A DNA stretch of 64,000 nt, taken from an uncultured Gemmatimonadaceae bacterium. Lineage in GTDB: Bacteria; Gemmatimonadota; Gemmatimonadetes; Gemmatimonadales; Gemmatimonadaceae. Where the stretch lies: positions 576,001 through 640,000 of the forward strand of contig CAWBOC010000009.1 of NCBI GenBank assembly GCA_963790305.1, in the 5' to 3' direction. The notes under the pieces are model-generated. The model saw nothing but the letters and a program-made list of their open reading frames with translations, did no database searches and had not been told where the DNA came from. Of this stretch, positions 45,252 through 54,112 are shown piece by piece (position 1 is the first letter of the stretch; each line of letters opens with the position of its first letter). The position numbers and the translations under genes were made by a program.

Positions 45252-46118
45252 ATGGTTCGCGCGCTGCGCGCCCCCGCGGTGCGTCGTACGCTGCTCGTCA
45301 TCCTGGTTCTCAATCTCTTCGTCGTCGTGATCAAGGTGATCGTCGGCGTACGCACGAACTCGCTGTCGGTGCTGGGCGCCGCGCTCGAATCGTCGCTCGA
45401 CCTCATCAATAACATCGTCGGGATCGCGCTCGTGAGGCTCGCCGCCATCGAGCCTGACGAGGACCATCCGTACGGCCATGGAAAGTTCGAGACGGTGGGC
45501 GCCCTCGGCATCGTCGTGTTTCTCTCGATTACGTGCTTCGAGCTGCTTCGCGAGGGCGTGCTCAGCGTCATGCGCGGACGTGAGCCGCGCCCGCCGTCGG
45601 TGCTCGAGCTCTCCGCCATTGCGGCGACGATGGTGATCAACCTCTTCGTCGTGTGGTACGAACGGCGGCGTGCGACTCAGCTGGGGAGCTCGTTTCTCAT
45701 GGCCGATGCCGCGCACACGCAGAGCGACATCTACGTAACCCTGGCCGCAGTGGGCTCGCTCATCCTCACGCGCGCCGGCTGGGGCTTTGTCGATCCGATC
45801 CTCGCCATCATCGTGGCGCTGATCATCGCGTGGCACGGGTACGAGATCGTGCGGTCGACGGTGCCCGTGCTGGTCGATGCACGGGCGGTCGACGCGGCGG
45901 AGATCCGCCGGCTCGTCTCAGCGATCCCCCGCGTCGTCGATGTGCGCTCGGTCCGATCGCGGGCCAGCGCGTCGGGAGCCGTGCTGGCGGAGGTGACGAT
46001 CGTCGTCGACGGCGACATCAGTGTCTCGGACGCACACGCGGTGATGGATGCGGTAGAGGAACGGATCGCCGCGGAACTCGGCGCCTCCGAGGTGCACGTG
46101 CACGTCGAGCCCGTGTGA
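45252..46118 (+). CDS. Cation diffusion facilitator family transporter (FieF-like)
   Basis: PDEDHPYGHGKFE, ADAAHTQSD, six TM segments and VHVHVEP. Start could be 45217. Confidence 0.9.
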   Translation: MVRALRAPAVRRTLLVILVLNLFVVVIKVIVGVRTNSLSVLGAALESSLDLINNIVGIALVRLAAIEPDEDHPYGHGKFETVGALGIVVFLSITCFELLREGVLSVMRGREPRPPSVLELSAIAATMVINLFVVWYERRRATQLGSSFLMADAAHTQSDIYVTLAAVGSLILTRAGWGFVDPILAIIVALIIAWHGYEIVRSTVPVLVDARAVDAAEIRRLVSAIPRVVDVRSVRSRASASGAVLAEVTIVVDGDISVSDAHAVMDAVEERIAAELGASEVHVHVEPV

Positions 46119-46231
46119 GACTTGCGGAGTATTAGTGCTGTATTGCGGCTAAATGCTGGCGTAATCGATACTTGCGCGTCTTCAAACCCCGTCTAGGTTA
46201 GGAGCGTCGTCCCCACCCGCAGCCATCGTCA

Positions 46232-46996
46232 ATGGCCCAACGCCTCCAATCGCTGCAACACGAATACACGCTCTTCGTGGAGCAGGAGATCGAGCACTAC
46301 AAAGAGTCGGTGTCCCGGGGAATTCTCCTCGGAATCGGCGACGAGGCGGTTCAAATGTTGGCGACGCAGCAACAGCTTGCGCTCACCGAGCTCATTCTGT
46401 GCGACGAGGTCGATCGCATCATCAAGGCTCGGCTCCGTCTCCCGAGCTATCAGACATGGCGACGGCGCCGGCTTCGCGCGATCAAGGACTACTCGCGTCC
46501 GGAGCGCTGGGGCTTGAGCCCGAACGAGCCGCTCGTGCGCGAAGTCCCGACGACCTCCGATGGCCACGTCCTCGTCGCGGGAGCGGCGGCCGAGGGGCCG
46601 GCGCTCTACCTGGCGGCACGAGGGTGCGCGGTTACGTCGGTCGAGTCGGAGGAAGAGGTCGTCGAGAAGGTGATCAGCTGCGCGGTCGAAGTCGGACTCA
46701 CCGGGCGCATTCGCGGCTTCGTCTCCGATCTCGGCGTGTGGCGTCCCGACATCCCGCTCAATGCCGTGGTGTGCACGCCGGCGGCATTTGGCGGGCTCTC
46801 CGACAGCGAGCGGGCGCACGTCATTACGCTGCTTCAGAATGCGACCGCCGATGGCGGCGTCCACCTCGTCCAGACGCTCGTCGCGGGCCGGCGAGCGTTG
46901 TCGATCGAGGAGCTGCGGCAGCGATACTTGGGGTGGACCGTCGAGCTACAGGACGACGAGCGCGAGACTTTTCTGGCTCGGAAGGCGGTCGCCTGA
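46232..46996 (+). CDS. Hypothetical protein with a degenerate class I SAM-methyltransferase (TehB-like) domain
   Basis: VLVAGAAAEGPALYLAARGCAVTSVE resembles MTase motif I without GxGxG; ADGGVHLV and EELRQRY.GW...ARK ending. Confidence 0.6.
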   Translation: MAQRLQSLQHEYTLFVEQEIEHYKESVSRGILLGIGDEAVQMLATQQQLALTELILCDEVDRIIKARLRLPSYQTWRRRRLRAIKDYSRPERWGLSPNEPLVREVPTTSDGHVLVAGAAAEGPALYLAARGCAVTSVESEEEVVEKVISCAVEVGLTGRIRGFVSDLGVWRPDIPLNAVVCTPAAFGGLSDSERAHVITLLQNATADGGVHLVQTLVAGRRALSIEELRQRYLGWTVELQDDERETFLARKAVA

Positions 46997-47039
46997 CGTA
47001 GAACGACACAAATTCTACGATTCTAGACGTGTCGGAGTG

Positions 47040-47075
47040 CAACACCGGAGGCATCACCGGTGTTGTTGTGTTTTT
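47040..47075 (+). terminator. Intrinsic terminator after the 46232 ORF
   Basis: CAACACCGG-AGGCATCA-CCGGTGTTG then TTGTGTTTTT. Confidence 0.55.
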
Positions 47076-47116
47076 AGAACTCGCTATTTGACAATGAGTT
47101 ACAGAATGGGAACGAA

Positions 47117-47133
47117 ACGGCACGTGGGGTGCT
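47117..47133 (+). promoter_or_regulatory. sigma54-type -24/-12 promoter
   Basis: ACGGCACGTGGGGTGCT: GG-N10-GC with the GGCACG core, preceded by an AT-rich tract with a partial IHF-like site (TGACAATGAGTTA, 47089-47101). Confidence 0.5.
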
Positions 47134-47206
47134 TGTACGGTACGCGCCCGTGGGCATCAGGGCGCGCCCCGACCGTTCCGGGGCGCTCATTACATCGAGG
47201 TGTGGG

Positions 47207-47356
47207 ATGGCCAAGACGAAGCGCATTCACGCAGTGGACGAGCCGCGCGGCATCGTGATCTCTCGCGGCTCGCGCGAGGAGCCGCCGCCGACGTTCAGCG
47301 TCTACGTGTGGGGACCAGCGCCTGAGCCGGAGCCGTCCGATTCGAAGGCCGCGTAA
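47207..47356 (+). CDS. Small 49-aa peptide
   Basis: GAGGTG RBS; MAKTKRIHAVDEPRGIVISRGSREEPPPTFSVYVWGPAPEPEPSDSKAA; own promoter and terminator. Confidence 0.6.
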   Translation: MAKTKRIHAVDEPRGIVISRGSREEPPPTFSVYVWGPAPEPEPSDSKAA

Positions 47357-47374
47357 CGAATTCCGCACGACCGC

Positions 47375-47413
47375 GAGCGCCGGGAGCAACCAGCTTCCGG
47401 CGCTCTTTCATTT
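47375..47413 (+). terminator. Hairpin/terminator after the small peptide gene
   Basis: GAGCGCCGGGAGC-AACCA-GCTTCCGGCGCTC-TTTCATTT. Confidence 0.7.
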
Positions 47414-47419
47414 CAGGGT

Positions 47420-48472
47420 ATGCCGCTTGCCCATGACGTGTGCGTGCACGACACCTCCGAGGACTGGGAAGGACAGCGCCGTGCGCTGCTCTCCCAGCGC
47501 ATCTCCGAGCTTGGGTTGTCGATCCGTGGGACGCTCGTGGAGCAGCTCGTGGAGCGATTGTACCGCGAGCTCGACGAGCGTGGCCTCGCCTTTCGTCCGC
47601 CCGTGTATCTCAGCGACCAGTGGGGCTGTCCCGACGGCACGCCGCTCATCGGAGTCCCCTTCTACCTCGCCGACCCGCGCCTAACGAAGATCGAGGAGGA
47701 GATGGCGGTCGACGTGGAAGGGGAGCTCGACGCGATGCGCTATCTCCGCCACGAGGCAGGGCACGCGTTCAACTATGCGTACCGTCTCTACGAGCGCGCG
47801 GACTGGCATGCCCTGTTCGGTCCGTACTCCCGTCCCTACCGCGAACGCTACCGCGCGGATCCGTTTTCGCGGGAGCACGTGCGTCACATCCTCGGCTGGT
47901 ATGCACAGAAGCACCCGGACGAAGACTTCGCGGAAAGCTTCGCCGTCTGGCTTACGCCCGGCCTCGACTGGCGGGCGGAATACGCCGGCTGGCCCGCGCT
48001 CGCCAAGCTCGAGTACGTCGACACGGTGATGCGCGAGGTGGGCTCGACCATTCCCATCGTTCCCGCACCCACCGATGACGACCTTCCGGTGGAGGCGATG
48101 CACTACACCATCGAAGAGCACTATCGATCGGCCGAGGAGCGCCTTCCCATCGAGGATGAGCGCCATTTCGATGGAGACCTCCGCACGATCTTCGCGTCGT
48201 CGGCCGACGCCCCGCAGGGAGAGCGTGCGCCGGAATTCCTGCGGCGGCACCGGCGTGAGATCGTCAGGCGCATTGCGTACTGGACGGGCGAGAGCGTCAC
48301 GATTCTGCGGGCGTTCATCGATTTCCTGGCCACCCGCGCCGACTTCCTCGACTTGCGTGTCTCGGGGCTCGAGGCCGCGACGCTCATCGAGCTGACCTCC
48401 TTCGGCACCGCCGTCATGATGAACTACCGCTACACGCGCGCGTTAGGCCGTCGCAAGCGAGCCGACCAATGA
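47420..48472 (+). CDS. Putative zincin-type zinc metallopeptidase
   Basis: HExxH motif LRHEAGH plus YAQKHPDEDFAESFAVWL. Confidence 0.8.
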   Translation: MPLAHDVCVHDTSEDWEGQRRALLSQRISELGLSIRGTLVEQLVERLYRELDERGLAFRPPVYLSDQWGCPDGTPLIGVPFYLADPRLTKIEEEMAVDVEGELDAMRYLRHEAGHAFNYAYRLYERADWHALFGPYSRPYRERYRADPFSREHVRHILGWYAQKHPDEDFAESFAVWLTPGLDWRAEYAGWPALAKLEYVDTVMREVGSTIPIVPAPTDDDLPVEAMHYTIEEHYRSAEERLPIEDERHFDGDLRTIFASSADAPQGERAPEFLRRHRREIVRRIAYWTGESVTILRAFIDFLATRADFLDLRVSGLEAATLIELTSFGTAVMMNYRYTRALGRRKRADQ

Positions 48473-49449
48473 AGATCGCGCTACTGCACACCCGCGAGGC
48501 CGCCGAGCCACCGACCGATCCGGTGCTCGGCCAGCTCTCGGATACACTCGCCCGACTGGGGCACGAGGTGCAGCCGGTGGAGGTCGACAAGCGTGTCGAG
48601 CCGCTGGTCAGCGCGCTCCGGCGGTGGGAGCCGGACCTCATCGTCAACATCGCCGAGTCCTTTCAAGGCAAGAGCTCGCTGGAGTCGAACGTCGCCGCAC
48701 TGCTCAATCTCATGGGAATGCGATACACGGGCTCGAGCCCGGCGGGCCTGATCCTCGCGGGCGACAAGATCCTCGCGAAGAAGATGCTCACCTTTCACGG
48801 CATCACGACACCGCGCTTCGCCACGATCTATCGCGGGGCACTCGATTGGGTCGAGGAGCTGCACTTCCCCGTGATCGTGAAGCCACCGCAGGAGGATGCG
48901 TCGGTCGGCCTCACGAGTGCCTCAGTCGTGCGCGACCTCAAGCAGCTCCTCGAGCAGATGGATGCGCTGCAGAGCGAGTTCGAGCAGCCAGTCCTGGTCG
49001 AGGAATTCATCGAGGGGCGGGAGTTCTACGTCGGCGTGCTGGGCAACGCGAACGCCCGAGCGCTCCCGGTGATCGAGCTCGATTTCTCGAAGTTTCCGAA
49101 GGACCGGCCGCGAATGGCGAGCTGGGAAGCGAAGTGGGGTGACGACGAAGGCGGCGGAGCGGAGTTCGAAGGCACGAAGTCGATCTTTCCCGACGATCTC
49201 TCCGAGGAGCTCACCGAGCGTGTGCACAAGGTCGCTGTCGATGCCTTTCACGCGCTGCGACTGCGCGACTACGGGCGGATCGACCTCCGGGTGAATGACG
49301 CCGGCGAGGTCTTCGTGATCGAGGTGAACCCCAACTGCTATCTCGAGCGGGAGAGCGAGTTCGCGCGGGCCGCGGCACACGGAGGTCTCCAGTACGATGC
49401 GCTCATCGAGCGCATCGTCGAGCTCGCCGCCGCTCGTTATGCGCGTTAG
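48469..49449 (+). CDS. ATP-grasp peptide ligase, D-Ala-D-Ala ligase-like
   Basis: YTGS...DK, VIVKP..EDASVG, LVEEFIEGREF, YGRIDLR and IEVNPNC. ATGA-coupled to the peptidase. Confidence 0.85.
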   Translation: MKIALLHTREAAEPPTDPVLGQLSDTLARLGHEVQPVEVDKRVEPLVSALRRWEPDLIVNIAESFQGKSSLESNVAALLNLMGMRYTGSSPAGLILAGDKILAKKMLTFHGITTPRFATIYRGALDWVEELHFPVIVKPPQEDASVGLTSASVVRDLKQLLEQMDALQSEFEQPVLVEEFIEGREFYVGVLGNANARALPVIELDFSKFPKDRPRMASWEAKWGDDEGGGAEFEGTKSIFPDDLSEELTERVHKVAVDAFHALRLRDYGRIDLRVNDAGEVFVIEVNPNCYLERESEFARAAAHGGLQYDALIERIVELAAARYAR

Positions 49450-49468
49450 CGGGTGATCGAATGCGCAA

Positions 49469-49492
49469 AGGGCCGGCGACGTCGCCGGCCCT
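49469..49492. terminator. Palindromic bidirectional hairpin between convergent units
   Basis: AGGGCCGGCGACGTCGCCGGCCCT. Confidence 0.6.
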
Positions 49493-49509
49493 CATGCTCC
49501 ACCAGGTGC

Positions 49510-49626
49510 CTACATCTTCCGGCGCGAGCGCTTCCGGGTGGCCTTCCGAGCGCCGCCCTTCTTGCGTGCGGACTTGCGGGTCGATTTCCGAGCACCCTTT
49601 CTCGCGCCCTTTTTCCTTGCAGGCAT
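49510..49626 (-). CDS. 38-aa Arg/Lys-rich protamine/histone-H1-like protein
   Basis: Translated by hand: MPARKKGARKGARKSTRKSARKKGGARKATRKRSRRKM; GGAGA RBS. Below the ORF-track length cut-off. Confidence 0.7.
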   Translation of the reverse strand: MPARKKGARKGARKSTRKSARKKGGARKATRKRSRRKM

Positions 49627-49711
49627 TGGTTCTTCTCCGTTGAAGGAGTGAGGGAACCGCCGATCCCCCGGTGGATCGACGAGTGTGGCGGGTCTGCGGC
49701 CCGCCCACGTC

Positions 49712-51107
49712 TCAGACGGCGTCGGACAGGCTCGTGAAGTTGAAGTCCCGCACCTTGATCGGTGGCATGACCACGGCGCCGCCAGCCTCCGTGCCCGCCA
49801 CGCGCATCGGCCGCCCCAGCATCTCCAGGTTGTTCAGCATGAACAGCGGCGACTCGTTGAACCGCAGATTGCGAATCGCCTTGGCGATCTTTCCGTTCTC
49901 GATGAGGAAGGTGCCATCGCGCGTGAGCCCCGTGTAGAGCACGGTGCGCGGGTCGACCTCGCGAAGATACCAGAGTCTCGTCACGAGAACGCCGCGCGGG
50001 GTGGAGCGAATCATGTCATCGAGAGAGGCCGTGCCCCCGAGCATCTTCACCGAGCTCGGGAATCCCGTGGGGGTGGTGTTGCTCTTCTGCGCCCAGAAGC
50101 GCGAGTAGTACAGCTGCTTCAGGACGCCGTTCTCGATCCAGACCTGGCGCCCCAACGGCAGCCCGTCGCCGTCGTACGGCTGGGCCAGCAGGTCCGGGTC
50201 GGTGGGATCGGAGATGAGCGTGACCCGCGAGTCCACCAGCTTTTCTCCGATCTTGTTGCCGCCGCCCTGCTTCACGAATGGGCTGCGGCCTTCATCGGCC
50301 GAGCGCGCATCGGCGTAGAACACCAGCAGCTGGACGAGATCAGCCACCGCCTGCGGCTCCAGAATCACCGTGTACCGCCCCGGCTCGATCGCGACCGGAC
50401 TGCGCGAGAGACGCGCCTTGTCGATGGCGCGCTTGCTCACTTCGGCGAAGTCGATCTTCGACCAGTCGTTGTCATCGGCGCCGACCCACCCGGAGCCGGT
50501 GCCATCCGACGTACGGACGGTGAGCGTGTAGTTCGCGGTGGTGGACCGGTGATACGCGAACTGGCCCGCCTTGTTACCGATGGCGTTGGACTGCGCCGAG
50601 GTGACGATGTAGCCGGCGGCCGCAAGATCTTTCGCGTCACGAGCAGGGCCTAACGCGGTCAGGGCCGCGCGCGCGCGATCATCGGGAGTCAGATTCGCCG
50701 TCCCGTCGAACCAGCCGTTGACCGTCGAGTATTGCTGAGCGCCAAGCGGCGGCATCGACTCGGGGTCGTCGGGCGCGAGACGCGCCAGGACCTCGGACTG
50801 CTCGACCGTTCGCCGCAACGACGCATCGGAAAGATCATTGGTCGTCACGGCAGCGTGCTTGGGACCGAACGCGCTCTCGATGACGACGTTCGCGTTGGTC
50901 ACGCCGCCCGACGTCGTCATCTGGTTGGCGGCGAAGCGGACGTTGCCCTGGTAGTTGCTGTCGATGGTCGACGCGGACCGACTCGGCCTTCGAGAATCCG
51001 ATCGCCCGCGCGACGATCGCCTGGGCTTCCTCGCGCGTCAGGATGTTTGCGTTGGCCTCGGCAGCAGGGCGAGGCGTCGCGGGAATCAACCGCTTCGGCG
51101 CGCTCAC
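49712..51107 (-). CDS. TldE/PmbA-family protein (apparent +1 frameshift at ~50969)
   Basis: ORFs 50835-51107 and 49712-50920 join to ...VRVTIDSNYQGNVRFAANQ...; close paralog of 52739-54112 (PGRYTVILEP, TGLTRDGTFLIENGKI). Confidence 0.85.
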
Positions 51108-52738
51108 GCTTTCCTCCCCGTATTGATCACGTTGATCTGACGGAAACGCGCCGGCGGGCAGCCGTGGCTGACCGCGTTGATCTGCGGCGGCTGGCCCTTG
51201 CCGTCGAAGAAGCTGGCCCCGAGCTCGTAGCTGCGCCGCCCGCCGATCATGTCCATGGAATTCCAGAAGTCGGTCGTCTTCATCTGATAGGCGACGTCCT
51301 TCAGCTGGCCGACGATCTTGCCGCCGCGGATCTCGTGGAAGACCTGCCCGCCGAACTGCGCGTTGTACCGCTGCTGATCGATGGAGAAGGACCCATCTCC
51401 GACGATCGCGATGCCGCGGTCGGTCTCGGCGATGATCTCATCCCAGCCGATGTCACGCTCGCCCGGCAGGAGCGAGACGTTCGGCATGCGCTGGAACTGC
51501 ACGCTCGCCCAGGAGTCGCCGTTGGAGCAGCCGTGCGACCGTGGTGTGACGTTCTGCTGGTCGTACCACCACTTCAGCCAGTTGGCCTGCTCACGCGTGG
51601 TCTGATAGTCGTTGAAGACGCCGTTCTTGACGATGAGGAAATCCTCGGGCTTCACGCCTTCGTCGTCATAGCCGATCGTGGCGCAGGCGCCCGGCTGTGA
51701 GCGATCGCCCTGCACGTTCATGAATGCGGGACCGTACTTGAGCTTGCCGAGCATCTTCTCCGGCGGCGCAATGAACGACGTGCCGGCGTAGTTGGCTTCG
51801 TAACCGAGCGCGCGGTCGAGCTCGGTGGGGTGCCCGATGGATTCGTGAATCGTGAGCCACAGATGCGACGGGTGGAGGATGAGATCGTATTTCCCCACCT
51901 CCACCGGCTTCGCCTTGAGCTTCGCAGCCGCCTCTTCCGCCCATTTCGGCGCATTGCCGACGAGGTCCTGGGCAATGACGTATTCGTAGCCGCGCCCAGC
52001 AGGCTGCACGACGCTCGACCGATTCTGGAAGTCCGAGAAGTCCGGCGCGACGGCGGTGATCTGCATCGGCACCCAGCTGCGGATGAGCGTCTGATCGATG
52101 AGCGATCCCTCGGTGCTGGCGAAGTGCCGGTCTTCCTTGACGAAGTACATCACACTGAAGACGTACTTCACCGTCGGCACCTTGAGCGCTTCGGCGTTGG
52201 CGCGCAGCAGCAGATCGACCTTCTGCTCGATCGGTACGGTCCAGGGGTCGATCTCGTAGCTGCTCTTCCAGGTGACGTTGCGATGCACTTCGGTTGGCGC
52301 CATCTCGACCGGCCGATCGCGCGCGATGCGGCTCGCTTTCGCGATCGCGACCGCCTCGCGTGCCGCCGATGCGACTCCATCGGCCGTGAGCGTGCGCGTG
52401 GCGCCAAACCCCCAGGTACCATCGACGAGCGCGCGAACGCCGCAGCCGATGGAATCGGTATCCACGACGTTGATGATCTGCTGCTCGCGCGTGACGATGA
52501 AGTTGTTCCGGTATTGGCCAATGCGGACGTCGGCGTACCCGGCGCCCGCATCACGAGCGGCGTCGAGCGCTCGCATCATGAGCTCGCGCGTCGGAACTTC
52601 GACATCCCGCGGTGGCGTTGGTTGCGTCGTCGGCGTCGGCGCCGGCACGGTTGCCGGGCCACCGCTCGCACAGGCGCCAGTCCAGAGCGCTGCCGCGGCG
52701 AGCGAGCCGTGCTTGAGGAAGTCTCGGCGGTCAGTCAT
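51104..52738 (-). CDS. tldD: TldD-family metalloprotease with a Tat lipoprotein signal
   Basis: TDRRDFLK...TGAC, HESIGHPTELDR, FQRMPN and DGKGQP..VSHG.P. Confidence 0.88.
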   Translation of the reverse strand: MTDRRDFLKHGSLAAAALWTGACASGGPATVPAPTPTTQPTPPRDVEVPTRELMMRALDAARDAGAGYADVRIGQYRNNFIVTREQQIINVVDTDSIGCGVRALVDGTWGFGATRTLTADGVASAAREAVAIAKASRIARDRPVEMAPTEVHRNVTWKSSYEIDPWTVPIEQKVDLLLRANAEALKVPTVKYVFSVMYFVKEDRHFASTEGSLIDQTLIRSWVPMQITAVAPDFSDFQNRSSVVQPAGRGYEYVIAQDLVGNAPKWAEEAAAKLKAKPVEVGKYDLILHPSHLWLTIHESIGHPTELDRALGYEANYAGTSFIAPPEKMLGKLKYGPAFMNVQGDRSQPGACATIGYDDEGVKPEDFLIVKNGVFNDYQTTREQANWLKWWYDQQNVTPRSHGCSNGDSWASVQFQRMPNVSLLPGERDIGWDEIIAETDRGIAIVGDGSFSIDQQRYNAQFGGQVFHEIRGGKIVGQLKDVAYQMKTTDFWNSMDMIGGRRSYELGASFFDGKGQPPQINAVSHGCPPARFRQINVINTGRKA

Positions 52739-54112
52739 TTACACCGCGTCACTGAGGCTGGTGAAGTTGAAGTCGCGCACTTTGAGGGGCGGGACAACCA
52801 CCGCGACGCCCGGGCTGCCGCTCTCCGACGCGCTCACGCGCACAGGGCGTCCCATGGCTTCGACGTTGTTCAGCATGAAGATCGGCGACTCGTTGAAGCG
52901 CAGATTCTTCACAGCGTTCGTGATCTTGCCGTTCTCGATGAGGAAGGTGCCGTCGCGCGTGAGACCGGTGACGAGCAGTACGCGCGGATCCACCTGGCGG
53001 ATGTACCAGAAGCGGGTCACGAGAATTCCGCGCTGCGTGGACGCGATCAGCTCCTCGATCGTCGCCGTGCCGCCGCTCATCGAGAGCGATGCCACGAATG
53101 GAATAGGCTGCTTCCCACTCTTCTGCGCCCAGAACCGATCGTATGCGAGGTTGCGGACCACACCGTTCTCGATCCACACCGTGCGCGCCGTCGGAATTCC
53201 CTCGTTACTGAACGTGTTCGCCGGCGCCTCCGGATCGAGAGGGTCGGACACGATCGTCACACGCTCGTCGACGATCTTCATTCCGATCTTGTTGCCGCCG
53301 CCCTGCTTCGAGAAGAAGGAGCGTCCCTCGTCCGCGTTTCGTGCGTTGAGGGCGAAGCCCATGTTCTGCACGAGATTGCCAACCGCGGTGGGCTCGAGCA
53401 CGACGGTGTAGCGGCCCGGCTCAATCGCGACGGCGGACGCCGAGCGGCGGGCTTTCTCGATGGCGCGCGCGCCGAGCTCGGCGGGACGGAGGCGCGACCA
53501 GTCGTGATGTGCAGCGCCGGCCCAACCAGAGCCATTGCCGTCAGGAGTGCGCACCGTCGTTGTGAGCGCGGCCCCGGTGCCACGGGCGTACGCGAACAGT
53601 CCCTTCGAGTTCGCGACGGCGAACGAGCCGGCGTTCGTTTCGAGGTAGCCGGTACCATGCAATCCCGCGTCGCGCGTCGCCTGTGTGATGGCGCGAACGG
53701 CATCGGCACGGGCAACGGGATCGAGCGAGGCGGTCGTATCGCTCCAGGAGCGCGAGTCCGCGTACTGTTGTGGCTCGAGCTCGCCCATCTCCTCCGGATC
53801 TTCCGGCGCGAGCTTCGCGAGCCGCTCCGAAGTCTCGACGGCATAACGGAGCCCGGCGTCGTCGAGCTTGTTCGTGGTGACGTTCGCACTGCGCTTTCCG
53901 AACAGGCTGCGCACCGTGACCGTCGTGTTGAAGTCGTCGCCGCCGGTCGAGATCTGGTTGACCGCGAAGCGCGTGTTGCCGCGACTTCCGCTCTGCAACG
54001 TGACTCGCGTCGCATCCGCAGTGGCGAGCGCAAGCGCTCGCTTCGCCAACGCTTCCGCCTCGGCGCGACTGAGGTAGCGCGCCGGCTCGAGGAGTGAACG
54101 GGGAGCGCTCAC
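52739..54112 (-). CDS. TldE/PmbA-family protein
   Basis: No HExxH; PGRYTVVLEP, WIENGVV and NLRFNES. Paired with TldD. Confidence 0.88.
   Translation of the reverse strand: MSAPRSLLEPARYLSRAEAEALAKRALALATADATRVTLQSGSRGNTRFAVNQISTGGDDFNTTVTVRSLFGKRSANVTTNKLDDAGLRYAVETSERLAKLAPEDPEEMGELEPQQYADSRSWSDTTASLDPVARADAVRAITQATRDAGLHGTGYLETNAGSFAVANSKGLFAYARGTGAALTTTVRTPDGNGSGWAGAAHHDWSRLRPAELGARAIEKARRSASAVAIEPGRYTVVLEPTAVGNLVQNMGFALNARNADEGRSFFSKQGGGNKIGMKIVDERVTIVSDPLDPEAPANTFSNEGIPTARTVWIENGVVRNLAYDRFWAQKSGKQPIPFVASLSMSGGTATIEELIASTQRGILVTRFWYIRQVDPRVLLVTGLTRDGTFLIENGKITNAVKNLRFNESPIFMLNNVEAMGRPVRVSASESGSPGVAVVVPPLKVRDFNFTSLSDAV

Noticed and set aside
45134..45640. Long N-terminal extension of mutM given in the ORF track
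   Set aside because: Fpg requires an N-terminal Pro (PELPEV), which fixes the start at 45133; the extension overlaps the CDF gene.
48469..49449. Housekeeping ddl call
   Set aside because: The N-terminal GG.S.E..VS motif of cell-wall Ddl is missing and the context is a peptidase rather than mur genes, so no symbol was assigned.
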